Source: Caecitellus pseudoparvulus
Taxonomy: Eukaryota; Protista; Bigyra: Bicosoecida
NCBI GenBank assembly: GCA_965644315.1
Contig: CBFFRQ010000067.1
Coordinates: 1 to 64,000, forward strand
Direction: 5' to 3'
Length of the DNA: 64,000 nt
This document shows, piece by piece, positions 51,047 through 63,057 of the stretch (positions are counted from its first letter, which is position 1; each line of letters starts with the position of its first letter). The notes under the pieces were generated by a model, which saw only the letters and a list, made by a program, of their open reading frames with translations, was not told the origin of the DNA and did no database searches. The position numbers were made by a program, and so were the translations under genes.

Positions 51047-52586
51047 ATGAAGCGCCCTCGAGAAGAAGCAACGTCGCCCGAAAGCCGTGCCAGTGCCGCC
51101 TCCGTCTCGCCGCTGCCTGCCCTTTCAGCAGCACATCCCAAGAAACGCCCCACCTCGCCAACCATGGCGATCCGGCGGCAAGCCAGCATTGACCGGTACG
51201 AGACCCACGTCAATGAGCAACTAGATGACCTCCTGACTGTGAGTGGCGAGTGTTTGCTTCCATTTCGCTGTGCTGTGTGCTGCAGCAGATTGGCGTGTTG
51301 AGTGGGTGCGGGAATTGCAGAATGGAAGGTGCTTCACCTGGGTGTGCAAACGCACCCCGTCAGCTGGTGCACGCGAGGCGTTTAGCGAGCACAGTGCATT
51401 TTAGCTGCACATTGCATCCATTCTCTCCTGCGCCACTTCCCTTGCACAGGACGTGCGCATCTTGCGGGACGAAGCGAAGAAGCTTCGAGATCAGCTGTCA
51501 GTGTACACGGAGCGAGCGGACCGCGTGGCCCACGACGACTTGTTCGCGCACTTGGGGGAGGCGGGCCAGGCCGACGTGCAGGCGAAAGTGACGCAAATCA
51601 TGGACTTGCTGCACAACGTCACCATCAACGTCTCCACCGTGCGCGCCCCGGAGCAGCTGCGGGACTACAACAAGGCCATGGGCACGCTGGAGACGGTGCG
51701 GGACCAACTCGGCGCAGCGACGGCGGCGGCAGACTTGGACAAGGTCAAGCAGCTGCGAGACCTCATCGCCACCAACGCCAACGCGACAGAGCCAGAGCCC
51801 TCCGGCCCCGTGAACTACAAGTACCAGTCCGTCGTGCTGGGGTGCACGAAGGAGGACCAGAAGCAGCTGCGAGCAGATTGGCGAGTGCTGCAGCAGCAGG
51901 CTGACCGCAGTGTGGAGCGGGTGGAGGCGGACGTGGAGGCACATGTGGCGGCGCCGGCGCCACCACCACCCCTGCGAGCGCCGTCCGACAGTGCTAGCAC
52001 CGCACCCCCCTCTGCCCCCCCTGTCGTTTCACCGGCAGTGGCGGCCGCTGGGGCGGCTGCTGCTGCTCGAAGGGCCGCCGCTGCTGCATCCAGCACGCCT
52101 ACACCCACACCCACACCCACGCCCACGCCGCCAGTGGCTGCTGACACTCAAGGCAGCGGTGTGGAGTCTGCCACGGCGCCTCCCCCACCCAAACGCCAGG
52201 CTGCCCAGACACAGCGTGGGCAGGTGCCACCGCAGCAGGGCAGGTGGCAGATGACACCTGAGGAGCAGTACTGGATGCAGCAGCGACGAGCTCAGGCAGC
52301 GGCTGATCAGCGCAGGCGCCAGGCGGCAGCTGCGCAGCGGCAGCGGGGTGGCGGTCTGTGGGGCCAGGGTTACTCCCCCCATGACGACGCCCCCACAGAG
52401 GAAGAGCTGCTGCGCGAACGAGCGGCACAGGCCGCAGCGGCGGAGCGTGCCAACGCCATCGCTGACGCACGTGCCAGGCGCGCACGCCAGAGGCAGTATG
52501 GTGGCTTGCCCATGGGACGGGGCTGGGGCGGTGGTGGGTTCGGGGATGGATTCTGGGGAGGTGGTGGCGGGGGGGGCTTCTTCTGA
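51047..52586 (+). CDS. BAG2-like Hsp70 co-chaperone with low-complexity Pro/Ala/Gln/Gly tail, 1 intron
   Basis: VTINVSTVRAPEQ and GPVNYKYQSVVLGCTKEDQKQL resemble BAG2 (V.[29 protein letters not shown], recalled from memory). Intron about 51239-51449. Confidence 0.78.
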
Positions 52587-52633
52587 GGTGTTCTCCTGCC
52601 TCGGATTGCACAGGTGCCACCCCAACGCCCCCC

Positions 52634-55600
52634 TCACTCTCCCTCGGCTGCGGCAGGGTGTGGACGGCTGCTGTGGAACCACTGCGCGAACGCCAAGAAC
52701 AAATTCAACTGCAACACCACTTCTGAAATGTGGCTCTCCAACACCAGGCGCTGGCGGTGGCCAGCTTGCAAGTGGACGCCCCCTTGCTCCCCCCCCGGCA
52801 CCCCCCCTCCCCCTGCCGCTGCAGCCCGCACCAGGAGCTGGCACTGGAACAGGTGCTGCAGCAGTGTTCCGAAATCGCTCAGCATGTGCGCTGACGCGGT
52901 TTCCGACCCCTTCTCACGCGGCTTGGCCGGCGGGGTGGGGGGTGCCAGCGCTGCTGCCAGGTCAGCGGGCGCCACTGACCTCCACGGCACGGCGTGGCGC
53001 TCCGCCCAAGACACGTGCTGCAGCAGACCTGTGACTGAGGCAGCGCCCTGCGAAGCTGCGCCCCAGTGCACGGTGCCTTGAGTTGCGGCAGTTGACTGTG
53101 CCGCCGCGGTGGCCAGGGTGGTGTGCAGTGTTGGCAGCGGCGTGGTGACCACCTGCCAGAAGCGACGTGACTGCAACATGGGCCCATCAGCGCCGGCTGG
53201 CTTGCTCGAAGGGGGTGGCTGCAGCAGCACCAGTGCATCCTCTGCACCGGCTTCGGAACACCCCTGCCACACCGACACCACTTCACCAGCCACGAAGCGC
53301 AGGTCAGTTGGACCGGGGCAGCACGGGTGCCCCTCCTCACCCCCCTCCTCACCTCCCCCCTCCTCATCACCCACCGTTGAGCTTGGCGGCACCAAGGCTC
53401 CAGCTCCGCCGCCTGCTGCCAAAGCAGCCAGGGCAGTGGCGTCCCCAGCCGTGCGCACATCCAGCGCCGACGCCTGAGCCATGAACAGACGGCGCATGTG
53501 ACGCAGCACGACCAGCAGACGGCACACATCCCCCAACACGCCGTGGGAGGTGCTCAGTAAAAACGCCGCCAAACGTCCATGCAGCAGTGAGGCAGCCTGT
53601 GAGCCGCTGCTGTGGGGGTGGGGTGCAGCCCCCCCCAGCAAGTTGCTGAGGGGGGGGTCCAAACACGGCACCGTGGTGGCGCCACCCTGGCTGCTGGCCG
53701 CCGAACCCTGTGTACCGTGGCCAACCTGGGCCATGGACGTGCCTGAGCCACCCAGCGCCGCAGAGGGTGGGGGCTGGGCCAGTGTGGCCGGCGCCTGCAG
53801 CCACAGTGGCGGGGCCAGGGCTGCTCCCGCCCGCCCCGCTCCCTGCACCACACGAGGGGGCAGGCGTGCGAAGCTGGTGAGGGGTTGCTTTAAGCTCGGC
53901 ACTCGCAGTGTGTGGCCCCCCCCCGGCATCAGCGGTGCCGCTGACAGTGCCATGAAGGCGCGTGTCGCGTGGCCCAAGTGCCAAGCCAGGAACATGAGAC
54001 AGCGCTGGTACAGTGTGTTCCACATCCCCTTCCACTTGCCGCGCATGGCGCCGTCCAACACGTGCTCCTCAGCCCGCGCCGCCAACATGCCGGCTTGGCT
54101 GCGAATGCTCATCCAAGCGTTGTGGGATGACAGCAGCGCCACCGTGTCCACCGGCCCGCTGGGCGACTTGGGCGCGCCCCCCTGCTGCGCCGCCCCGTGC
54201 AGCAGCGCAGCGTAGGAGGCTGCCCAGGTGAAGGCGGCGTCCTCTGTCCGGCCCAGCAAGCAGCTCTGCAGCACGCCCAGCGTGAACATGTCTGCTGCCG
54301 CGCTGGGGCCAACGTGGCGCGGTGCGGGAATGCTGAGCGCTGCAGACCCCACACTGCCGCCCAACGCCAAGTAATCGGCCAGACGCAAAGCGCCCTGCAG
54401 CGCAGCCGGCCCGCTCTCGTCGGCGATGGCCTGCACAGCAGTGGGCGGCAGCAAGACGCAGCCCTCGGCGAAGCCAGCTGCCACGGCATCCATGCCTTGT
54501 GTGAAGGAGACACCGCCCCCCTCCACACTGCTCTCGGAGCGCTGCGATGCGGCATCCACTTCGTCTGCTACCGAGGCGTCCTCGCGGACCTCTGCGCCCT
54601 GTGCTGCCAGTTGGGCCTCAACGGGGGGAGCGGACGTTTGGTGATGCGAGGGTGGCGCAATTTTCCGCAAATCCTCCGCAGCCCGCGCCAATCGCGCCCC
54701 CACCCGCCGTGTGGCGTCCGCCCACTGCACTGAGGGGGCGGGGCTTCCGTGCCTTGGGCTTGGGGAGCGGCGCTGCCTAGGCTGCTGCGGCTGTTGCTGC
54801 CTGGAGTGTCCGTGGCCCTGACGCCGGCGAGGCTGCTGTCTGGGCTGCAAGGCCTGCTGGTGCTGGTGGCGAGCCTCGTCGGCCTGGCGCTGCTGGTGGC
54901 GAGTCAACGCAGTGCGCCAGGCACTGAGGACTGTGGGCCTGTCCACGGCAGGGCGGGGTGCATAGGCACTGCCAACCCCCTCCTCGCCTTCTGACTCAGA
55001 CGTGGGTGTGTCGAAGTCACTCACCTCCTCCTCACTGCCCTCGCCGTCACTCCACACGGCGCCTTGGTCCACCCGCCCAACCTCCACCCACTCATGCGGT
55101 GCGGGGGCAGGCGCATACTCAGCAACGGCTCGAGAGTGAGCGGCATGGCGCTCCTGGGCATGCGATGTCACCTGCGCCACACTGCGTTGCTCACACGCCG
55201 GGCAGTGGCGGTGCCCACCCCCCCTGCTCCACACCGGAGGAGGTGCAGGCGCAGACTGGGCTGCAGGAGCAGCTGCATGGTGGCAGCACTCGCGCACATG
55301 CCTTGTTGGTTGTACCCTCGCCTGCGCCACTGGCTTGCGCACATGCCTGGTGGGTGCGGCGGCTTCATGTTCGCGAGGGGGGGGCTTGGCCGCTGCACCG
55401 GCGCCTTGCCTGGCTACCCGCTCCGGCTGCCGCTCACGTTGCACGCCGCCGTAGCACAGCACTGGCTGCACAGCTGCAGCAGGAGGCAAGGCCCTAGGCG
55501 CTGGCTCAGCCGCGGGAGGGGGCGGCGTGCTGCTCCGCCGCGCAGGCAGGGCACGCCACTGACTCCACGCTCGGGCCAGGCGCTGCCGCCGCTGGACAAC

Positions 55601-57013
55601 ACGCGCCACGGCCCGGCACAACAACGCAAAGGCATGCGTGCGTTGGCGGCGAGCCAGCAGCACAGGCAGCACCGCAGTGCGGGGCACGGCGCCTGACAAC
55701 GCACGCCCCTTCCACATCAGAAACGCTCGCTGCAGCGCAGTGGCACGCACCACCAGCTCTTGCCGCATCATGCACCGGCGCAAGCACTTGAACAGCGTGC
55801 GGCACATGCTGTGGCACCGCTGCACTTCGCGTTCAGCCTGTGCCTTGGCACGGTGCAGTGCCAGGTGTGCCAAGCCGTTGCTCTGCACCGCCGCCTTCAC
55901 GCGGCCGGCCAACTGCCGCCCCTGCATGGCCAGCAGCGTGTCAGCCAAGTGCACGCGCCGAGCATTCAGGGCCCTCTGTCCGTTCAACTCACACGTCAGC
56001 TCTGCCAGCTGCCGGCGCAGAGTGACAATCTCCTCAGCGGCCTGCATGGCCTCGCCTTGAGCCGTTTCGGCGGCGGCAGTGGCGGCGTCACGTTGTGCGG
56101 CAGCGGCAGCGGCAGCCTCCCCCACACCCCCTGCCCGCCGCACCTCCTCCGTCACGCTCCCCTGGGCAAGGGCCAGTGCATCTTCGAGTTGCGTAATACG
56201 CTGCAGCAGCGCCGTGGCTGACGTCGCCTCCCCCTTCAACCGCGCCACTTCCGCCTGCGCCGCGGCAGTGTGCGCTCGCTCCTCCGCGACAGCCGTCATA
56301 CGGTCCGCCTTCACATTGTCGTACATGCTCTTCAAACGGTGCACTTCATCTTGTGCGGCCTCCAACTCAGACTGCGCCTTGGCCCTCGCCGCCTTCACCA
56401 CCGCCACCTCCTCCTCCACCGCCGCTCGCCCCCGTCGACACCGCTCCAGCTCTTCGCTCAACGCCGCAATGTGCCGAGCACGGGCCTCCAAGTGCTCCGC
56501 TCGCTGCACTGCATCAGCTTCGCGAGCCGCCTTCTCACGGTCCAGCTCCATGCGGCAGGCGCGCAGGCGGTCCAGCAACCCCGTCACGCACCCCCGCCCC
56601 TCCTGCACTTGAGCCTCACTGGCAGACAGCTCCTGCCGCAGGTTGGCCACAGTGGCACGCTCACGGGCCAGCATGCTGACGAGAGTGACGTTGTCTCGCT
56701 GGATGCCGCCGGCGTCCGCGTCGCCGATGTCCGCCCGACACCGCCACAACTCCGTGGCCGACGCAGCGACGGCGCCCGATGCCACTGCCGCATCCAGACC
56801 AGCGTACGCCCGGTACAGGGCGGCTGTGGAGGGGTGCCCCCCACGCGACACTGCAGAGCGCGACATGAACCCCGGTCCAGGCGGTGCGTGGTCCCACTTG
56901 GTCGTGAACATGGCCTGGGAGTCCAGGGCGGCTTCCAACACCTTGTCGCGGGTCGCAGCGACGCCGTCGCCATCCTCTGCGACACAGGCGCGAAGGAAGC
57001 ACGTGCATGCCAT
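52634..57013 (-). CDS. Large hypothetical protein with N-terminal coiled coil
   Basis: 1459-aa ORF with a heptad-like A/E/R/L-rich N-terminal third. The termini are uncertain. Confidence 0.65.
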   Translation of the reverse strand: MACTCFLRACVAEDGDGVAATRDKVLEAALDSQAMFTTKWDHAPPGPGFMSRSAVSRGGHPSTAALYRAYAGLDAAVASGAVAASATELWRCRADIGDADAGGIQRDNVTLVSMLARERATVANLRQELSASEAQVQEGRGCVTGLLDRLRACRMELDREKAAREADAVQRAEHLEARARHIAALSEELERCRRGRAAVEEEVAVVKAARAKAQSELEAAQDEVHRLKSMYDNVKADRMTAVAEERAHTAAAQAEVARLKGEATSATALLQRITQLEDALALAQGSVTEEVRRAGGVGEAAAAAAAQRDAATAAAETAQGEAMQAAEEIVTLRRQLAELTCELNGQRALNARRVHLADTLLAMQGRQLAGRVKAAVQSNGLAHLALHRAKAQAEREVQRCHSMCRTLFKCLRRCMMRQELVVRATALQRAFLMWKGRALSGAVPRTAVLPVLLARRQRTHAFALLCRAVARVVQRRQRLARAWSQWRALPARRSSTPPPPAAEPAPRALPPAAAVQPVLCYGGVQRERQPERVARQGAGAAAKPPPREHEAAAPTRHVRKPVAQARVQPTRHVRECCHHAAAPAAQSAPAPPPVWSRGGGHRHCPACEQRSVAQVTSHAQERHAAHSRAVAEYAPAPAPHEWVEVGRVDQGAVWSDGEGSEEEVSDFDTPTSESEGEEGVGSAYAPRPAVDRPTVLSAWRTALTRHQQRQADEARHQHQQALQPRQQPRRRQGHGHSRQQQPQQPRQRRSPSPRHGSPAPSVQWADATRRVGARLARAAEDLRKIAPPSHHQTSAPPVEAQLAAQGAEVREDASVADEVDAASQRSESSVEGGGVSFTQGMDAVAAGFAEGCVLLPPTAVQAIADESGPAALQGALRLADYLALGGSVGSAALSIPAPRHVGPSAAADMFTLGVLQSCLLGRTEDAAFTWAASYAALLHGAAQQGGAPKSPSGPVDTVALLSSHNAWMSIRSQAGMLAARAEEHVLDGAMRGKWKGMWNTLYQRCLMFLAWHLGHATRAFMALSAAPLMPGGGHTLRVPSLKQPLTSFARLPPRVVQGAGRAGAALAPPLWLQAPATLAQPPPSAALGGSGTSMAQVGHGTQGSAASSQGGATTVPCLDPPLSNLLGGAAPHPHSSGSQAASLLHGRLAAFLLSTSHGVLGDVCRLLVVLRHMRRLFMAQASALDVRTAGDATALAALAAGGGAGALVPPSSTVGDEEGGGEEGGEEGHPCCPGPTDLRFVAGEVVSVWQGCSEAGAEDALVLLQPPPSSKPAGADGPMLQSRRFWQVVTTPLPTLHTTLATAAAQSTAATQGTVHWGAASQGAASVTGLLQHVSWAERHAVPWRSVAPADLAAALAPPTPPAKPREKGSETASAHMLSDFGTLLQHLFQCQLLVRAAAAGGGGVPGGEQGGVHLQAGHRQRLVLESHISEVVLQLNLFLAFAQWFHSSRPHPAAAEGE

Positions 57014-57529
57014 GCCCAGGCCACTGCTATGGTCTACAGTGCACGTTTACTCACGTTTGTGCTCAGATGTGCCTGCGAGAGGGCGGGCGGTGGCTGTGCC
57101 CTCAGCCGCGCCACCGGACTGGGCGCCAAGTGCGGAAGTTGAAGCAGACGCCATGGCTGCAAGAGGCACAGGCAGCTCAGCAATGCATGAGAAAGGGCTC
57201 AGCATAGGATCACCATCACAGCAAAAGCTGCAGGGTGCGTTGGTTTTGCCGCCAGCTGGAGTTCCTCACGCCCCAGGTCTCCTGCCTCACACAACTGCTT
57301 GCTTCGTCCACGCCACACACCAGAGCATTCACCTGAAATCCAACACAGCTGGGGGTGGGTCACAAACTGCAGAAGCTGCACCTTACAGCAGCTGCTCCTT
57401 GTTGATGCTGCCCGCCAGCTGACACGCGGCAGTGCATTGCGAGGACAGGCAGGCAGTGCTGGGCGCACACTGCACCCACACACAAAACAGCTCTGGCTGC
57501 ATGGGGGTCGGCGCGATCCATGCAGCCAG

Positions 57530-59052
57530 TCACCCCTGGTCTGCAGATGCACGGGACTCTCTCTGCCCCCGCCACTGCCGCCACACCAGGCCCCCCACGG
57601 CCACACCTGCCAAGACAGTCAGCCCCGCCACCACCGCCCACCCGCCAGTGCCGAGTGAGTCACCTGTCCCTGAGTCACTCACAGCCGTGCAGTCCTGCTG
57701 AGTCGGGATGTGTGAGGAAGTGTGCCTGCGCTTGACGAGGGAGGGTCGGCGCTTGCGACCTGGCGTCGCGGGCGGGGCTGGTGCGACCCCCCCCTCCACC
57801 CCCCCAGCATCCAGCAGAGCAGTGTGCGAAGGAGCAGTGGCGGCAGAGAAGGCAGCAGCTGCTTCGTCGGGTGCGAGACTGTGGCGCCTGCGATCGGGGC
57901 GGCCTCGAGCGCCCCGCCTCGCACTGCGACCTGCTCCCCCCGCTGGCCCGGCACACTGCAGGGCTGACGCCAGGGCAGTCAGTGCCGCGTGGTCGGCATC
58001 CAGATGGGGGCAGGGCTTGGCGTGCCTGGATTTGGGCAGTGTGAGGGCCTTACCGTCCTCCGCCCAGGCCACGTGTGGGCGACCAGCGTACCAGTACCGT
58101 ACCGTGAGACACTTGACCTGGCGGGGAGCTGGGTCCATGAATCCAGGCAGCGTGTGGCGCGGCGTGTCACACAGCACCACACGAGCCTGTGTACCGCTGG
58201 GCGTGTCGGCCTCCTCCACCATGCACTGCACTTGCCGAGTGACGTTTTGCACGGCGCCAGCACACTGCTGCCGCACCGCCTGCAGCGGCATGCTGTCCAC
58301 GTCACCCTGCACCGCTGAAAAGTCACCGTACAAGGCTCCTGCTACGATGACCCCACCAACACCGCACCGATCAGCTGATCGGGCCACCTCGCACGCTCGT
58401 GTGTACTCATCCTGTGTCGCAGGCGGCGCAAGCAATTTCCGCAAAGCCAACACATGCTGCGCCCGAGCAAGAAAAGGCGCTGCGGCATTCACGCACCACA
58501 CTCGCTCCAAGGTACGAGTTAACTCGCTTCCGTTCCAGGAGGGCCAGCCGCTTCCCCTGCGATTTCGAGGCACCGGCGCACCTGCATCACTTGTGTCACT
58601 GCCCGCGCCACGCCAGCGGCAACTCACCACGACGCTGTTCTCGTCGTTCAGCGCGCTGAAACGGCGCAGGCACTCCTCCTCGTCCATGAGCAACTTGTGT
58701 GCTCGCGTCAAGTCCTTGGCCAGGGCGCTGCAAGCGGAAGGAAAGCATTCGCGTGCCGTCTCGCACGCCCATGCCGTTGGCGCGGCACGCACCTGTCTCT
58801 GGCGCTGGCACGATCCGGGTGCAGGCGCCGGATGACGCTGCGGTACGCCACCTCCACCGCCGCCTTCCACCGCTGCACCGAGGCATCCTGCGAGAGGGCT
58901 TCTCCCTGCTCAGGAAACATGCCCTGCAGTCCCAGCAGGCGTTGTGCTGCAGCGACAGCCTCCGGCCCGTCACCCGCCACATCGTCACCCGGCAGCGGCT
59001 GCGGCGCAGGGTGGTACCGCACCAGAGCGAGGCTCTGCGTGGCCACAGGCAT
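57530..59052 (-). CDS. J-like (HPD) plus DUF3395/DNAJC11-C-terminal-like domain protein, intron-containing
   Basis: AYRSVIRRLHPDR then a GTGCGT...TGCAG intron; later VIVAGALYG...LPGFMDPAP...KCLTVRY.Y.G..H....D...L.LP..H. Confidence 0.7.
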
Positions 59053-59448
59053 GGTGCATGGAGAGTGTGGGTGTGGTTTGGCAGGAGCAAGGTCAAATGA
59101 AGGATTCGCCACACAAAGGTTGTGCTGGTCTTGATTTTGGCTTAGCGAGGTGAAAATTGCGACCTATCGTACAAAACGCGAGAACATGCACTCAAGATCA
59201 TCAAGTCAGAAGTCGCAGACCGCGGCATACACACACTGGACGGTAGAACGTAACAACATTCGTTTTGCATTGTGCAAGCGTGCACGGCGCCGGTATGTTC
59301 CGTGGAAAGAGTGCTAGCTCGTCTGCCTCATCTGAGCTTGGTCGAGTACCGGTCCACACTGCAAGCGGCAGTGAGCGGGGCACCAGGAGCGGGGGGACGC
59401 AGGGCAACAACAGGACGCCCCACTCGCCCCAACAGCGTCCTGGACTGT

Positions 59449-59709
59449 TCAGGGCCCGGACAGCGTGAAGCCAGCTGGTGCGTCGGGTGGCGCCTTGGTT
59501 GCCAGGTGGTACTTTGCCAGGAAGTATGTGATGGTGCCGACGATGAGGCCGTTCACCAGCAGACTGCCTTGCTGTGGATCGGTCTGGGAGGGTGGCTTCG
59601 GGGGAGCTGCAGAGGAGCTCGCACAGGCCCTGAAGGGGGCTGGTGGTGACGGTGCGGATTTCGGCAGAGCGTGCGCAAAGCGCCGCAGCGCCACCAGCCC
59701 ACTCGCCAT
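59449..59709 (-). CDS. Small single-TM protein with mitochondrial-presequence-like N-terminus
   Basis: MASGLVALRRFAHAL...; TM segment LLVNGLIVGTITYFLA; divergent from the next gene. Confidence 0.5.
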   Translation of the reverse strand: MASGLVALRRFAHALPKSAPSPPAPFRACASSSAAPPKPPSQTDPQQGSLLVNGLIVGTITYFLAKYHLATKAPPDAPAGFTLSGP

Positions 59710-59901
59710 GACACGTCGCAAAAGGGGCACGCAAGGACACAGCGTCAAATACAAAACTGATGCAAATCTCAGGAGTTGATTTTTTTTCAAGATCACGGTG
59801 GTTGTGTAAGCGTGCGTGTCTCCACGGCTGAATGTGCTTCGGGCCATCTTCTTCGGGCGACCATCTCACCTGGCGCAACGGAATCGGAGGACGGACGAGA
59901 C

Positions 59902-60919
59902 ATGTCGGGAACCAGTTCATGGAAGTCGCAGATGAAGGCAGCTTCTGCCTCCAGGGCTTCATCTGGAATGCTCTCCGCTGCCGAGCTGCGCAGGGTACGA
60001 CGACTGGCGCCGCGTTTTGCCTGCGTTTTGCCGGCACACCACAGTCGCCTGCCCTGCTCCCTCCAGCGCAAGAAGCTCAAGAAGCAACAGGGCAGTGGAC
60101 GCCGCGGTCAAATTTCGGACAAAGCACACTCTGTGGCCCAAAGGTGCGTGGATCTAGCAGCAGGGCACCGACACGGCCGCGTATGGTCCGCCACCCTCTT
60201 TCCACAGACCAAGCACATCGCAAGCCGCACAGCGCCGCCCACTCGCGGGGGCTGCCATGCCCGGCGAGGACGCCGCTGCCAGGCAGGACGCCCTTCCTCC
60301 AGGCTTCTTCGACCGCGCAAGTGCCCAGGCTCCCAGTCCGGCCCCCAGCAAGTCTTCCTCCACTGTGCAGCCTGCGCAAGCCACCTCCACCGCCGCCCCT
60401 GAACTCCCCGAGGGTTTCTTCCAAGATGCGGCGAAGGACGCGGTGGCCCGAGGAGTGGATGCCAAGGCGGCCGCTGCAAAGGCTGCGGCAGCGGAGTGGG
60501 CGGCGTTCGAGTCCTTCACGCAGGAGGTGCAGGCGACGGCCCAAGAGGAGGCGGCAGCTGCGGAGGCGGCAGCGGAGGACCGGCAGCACATGGCAGATGT
60601 GGAGTCACAGCTGTTCAAGCTGCGCGTGGCTGAGCTGCGCTCCGCCGCCGCCCGCCGAGGCGAGAAACGCCCTCGCCCCGACGCCGCTGCCACCGACGCA
60701 CCAGCGCCTTCAGATGCGCCAGAGCAGGCATGGAGTCTGCTGACAGTGGCAGACTTGCCTTCCGCGGCAGTGACGGCGGCAGGTGCCGAGGCTGTCTTCC
60801 GCAGTGCCAAGGCTGCTCGGAAGGAGGAGGGCTGTGAGGGGGGGGGTGGGGGTGGTGCGGCGGAAGATGAGGATGCATTGGCGGGGCTGGAGTTGGACTG
60901 GCGAGGTACGGGCATGTAG
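59902..60919 (+). CDS. ZNF830/CCDC16-like splicing-associated protein, intron-containing
   Basis: LPPGFFD, LPEGFFQDAAKDAVARGVD, EWAAF and C-terminal DWR match remembered ZNF830 motifs. The 5' exons are inferred. Confidence 0.7.
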
Positions 60920-60951
60920 CTGTGTGGCGACATGCTGCGGCGCAGTGTGTG

Positions 60952-62532
60952 TCATTGGGTTGGTTGCTGCCCCAGCACCAGGCCTCGCATGGCGGTGGGC
61001 ACAGAGGCGGCGGTGGAGGGGGGCGTCGCCACACCCCCCGATGCCCTGCTCAGCTCGGTGAGAGTGGAACCAGAGACAGAGCTGGAGCCTGACGAGTGGT
61101 GGGTGGGGCTGGGGTGGGCGTGGAGGGGTGTCAGGGGGGGGCTGTACGGGCTGGTGAGGGGGTTGCGGGAGGGCGAGGGGGGCGCGCCCCACCCCTTGTG
61201 GGCCGGCCACAGGCTGAACGTGAGGACGCTGGCTGTGAAGCCTTCGCAGAATGGGAAGATGATGTACTGCGCGACGAGGTACTGACTTGAGTTCTGGGTG
61301 GAGGTGTACGGCCCCAGCACCATGACCAGCACGGTGGTGAGGAGCGTCACGGAGACAACCACGGAGGCCACCGTCGCCAGCACAATGCGCGACAGCAGCT
61401 GCTGTAGGGGGTCCCGTGCGCACACCAGGTACGGGAAGCGGCAGCACAAATGCAGCGACACAGCCTCGGCGCTGCCACTCAACACGCGCCCTGCACCACC
61501 TGCACCGGCCCGGGGCCGTGCAGTGGTGAGAGCGCTGGGGCCGCCACCCGCACTGTCAGTGGAGGTGTGGCGTGGGGGGGTGGCGGCCCCCTCACTGCTG
61601 CCATCCCCCTCCTGCGTGTCGCCCAGGAAGAGCGACGCCGCCACGGCAGCATGGTAGGCGTAACCCGGCGGGGGGCTGCTGGCGCTGCCACGGTCGGCCC
61701 TGCTGCCCACATGCCCCAGCGGTGTGCTGGAGGCGGCTGTGAGGTACTGCAGCGCGTGCAGCACACGAGCTGCGAACCATGCGCCACAGCCAGTCATGAC
61801 CAGCACGTACACGCCCACGGGCACGTTGCTGTCCGCGTACAGCTGGTAGATGCCTGTCACGTTCACGATGGCGATGCCGACGTAAATGGCCACCAGCACT
61901 GACACTGCCAGCTTCACGGCCAGTTTCAGGCGCTGGCCAGGCGGGCGCGAGCTGACCCTGCCTGCGTGTGACCTGCGCAGCATGGCAACCATGTCGAACC
62001 ACACCACCACCAGGCACAGGTACGCCGACACCCACAGGATCTGGGGCGTGCGCAGCAGCAGCGTGAACAGGCCGTACAACCACTCGTCTTGCAGACGGGT
62101 CAGCGGGATGGCGAACATGGCGCAACGCAGCACGCTGGCGGCCATGACGAAGCCGCTGACGCAGTTTCGCCACGTCAGCCACGGGCAGGCACCCCCCCCA
62201 CCACGAGTGGTACCGAGCAGCCCTTGCCGTTCGGATGCAGTGACTGGGCCAGTGCTGGTGCCCCCCACGCCCTGGCGCCCGCTGCGTGTGGAGCACAACC
62301 ACAGCTGAGCCACCAGCACTGCAGCTTGCACGGCGACAGACAAGCCCACCATGCCCCAGTACGCACCGCCCACGCGCTGCACGTAGTTCTCGCCACAGTC
62401 CGTATCATCAAGCCAGAAGGGGTCGCAATCGCACCGCTGGTGCTCGCATGTGCCTGTGCAGCCAAGGTGCGTGGGCAGTGCAGCGCTGCCAGGGTTGCGG
62501 ACTTTGTCGCCTGCGCACCATGGCCGTGGCAA
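60952..62532 (-). CDS. EGF-like plus about 7-TM membrane protein (5' exon upstream, uncertain)
   Basis: C.GTC....CDCDPFW....DC followed by about seven hydrophobic helices. Confidence 0.7.
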   Translation of the reverse strand: MPRPWCAGDKVRNPGSAALPTHLGCTGTCEHQRCDCDPFWLDDTDCGENYVQRVGGAYWGMVGLSVAVQAAVLVAQLWLCSTRSGRQGVGGTSTGPVTASERQGLLGTTRGGGGACPWLTWRNCVSGFVMAASVLRCAMFAIPLTRLQDEWLYGLFTLLLRTPQILWVSAYLCLVVVWFDMVAMLRRSHAGRVSSRPPGQRLKLAVKLAVSVLVAIYVGIAIVNVTGIYQLYADSNVPVGVYVLVMTGCGAWFAARVLHALQYLTAASSTPLGHVGSRADRGSASSPPPGYAYHAAVAASLFLGDTQEGDGSSEGAATPPRHTSTDSAGGGPSALTTARPRAGAGGAGRVLSGSAEAVSLHLCCRFPYLVCARDPLQQLLSRIVLATVASVVVSVTLLTTVLVMVLGPYTSTQNSSQYLVAQYIIFPFCEGFTASVLTFSLWPAHKGWGAPPSPSRNPLTSPYSPPLTPLHAHPSPTHHSSGSSSVSGSTLTELSRASGGVATPPSTAASVPTAMRGLVLGQQPTQ

Positions 62533-63057
62533 TCTTGTGCCGAGTGGCAGTGGGTGACGGCCTCATGAGAAAAGACGCTTGAGGTGTTCATGGTGCACTT
62601 GGCCCACCCTTTTATCGAACAAGGCGCAGGGCTGGGTGACTCCTCCTGCCCAGCAGCGCGAAGGAAGGGCACTGCTGTCGAGACGAGCAGCGCACGTGCG
62701 TTGGCCTCGCTTGGGCCGTCAGCCCTCACCGCCTTCTTGAGCGCAGATACGAGAGGATAATGGTCACACTCAGCGTAATTTCACGGGCCACATCCGCTCC
62801 CAGTTGTGTTTTGTGTTTGAATAGGGCCGGAGCAGTGTTTTTGGCGCCGGCTATCCTGCTGCCTTCTCCCCCACATCAGCCTGACATGCGCAGCAAAATA
62901 ACTCTGCGCAACATTTCAGTTCCAGCTCTACACGCTTCTCGCACCCTTCGTCTTGCGCTTGTGACCACCGAGGTTGAGCACAAGCGGTCCTGAGTGCGTA
63001 CCGATTTCCGCATCTTCGCGGCTCATGTAGCTTGCCTTCGTAGCCCCGACAGAAAGC

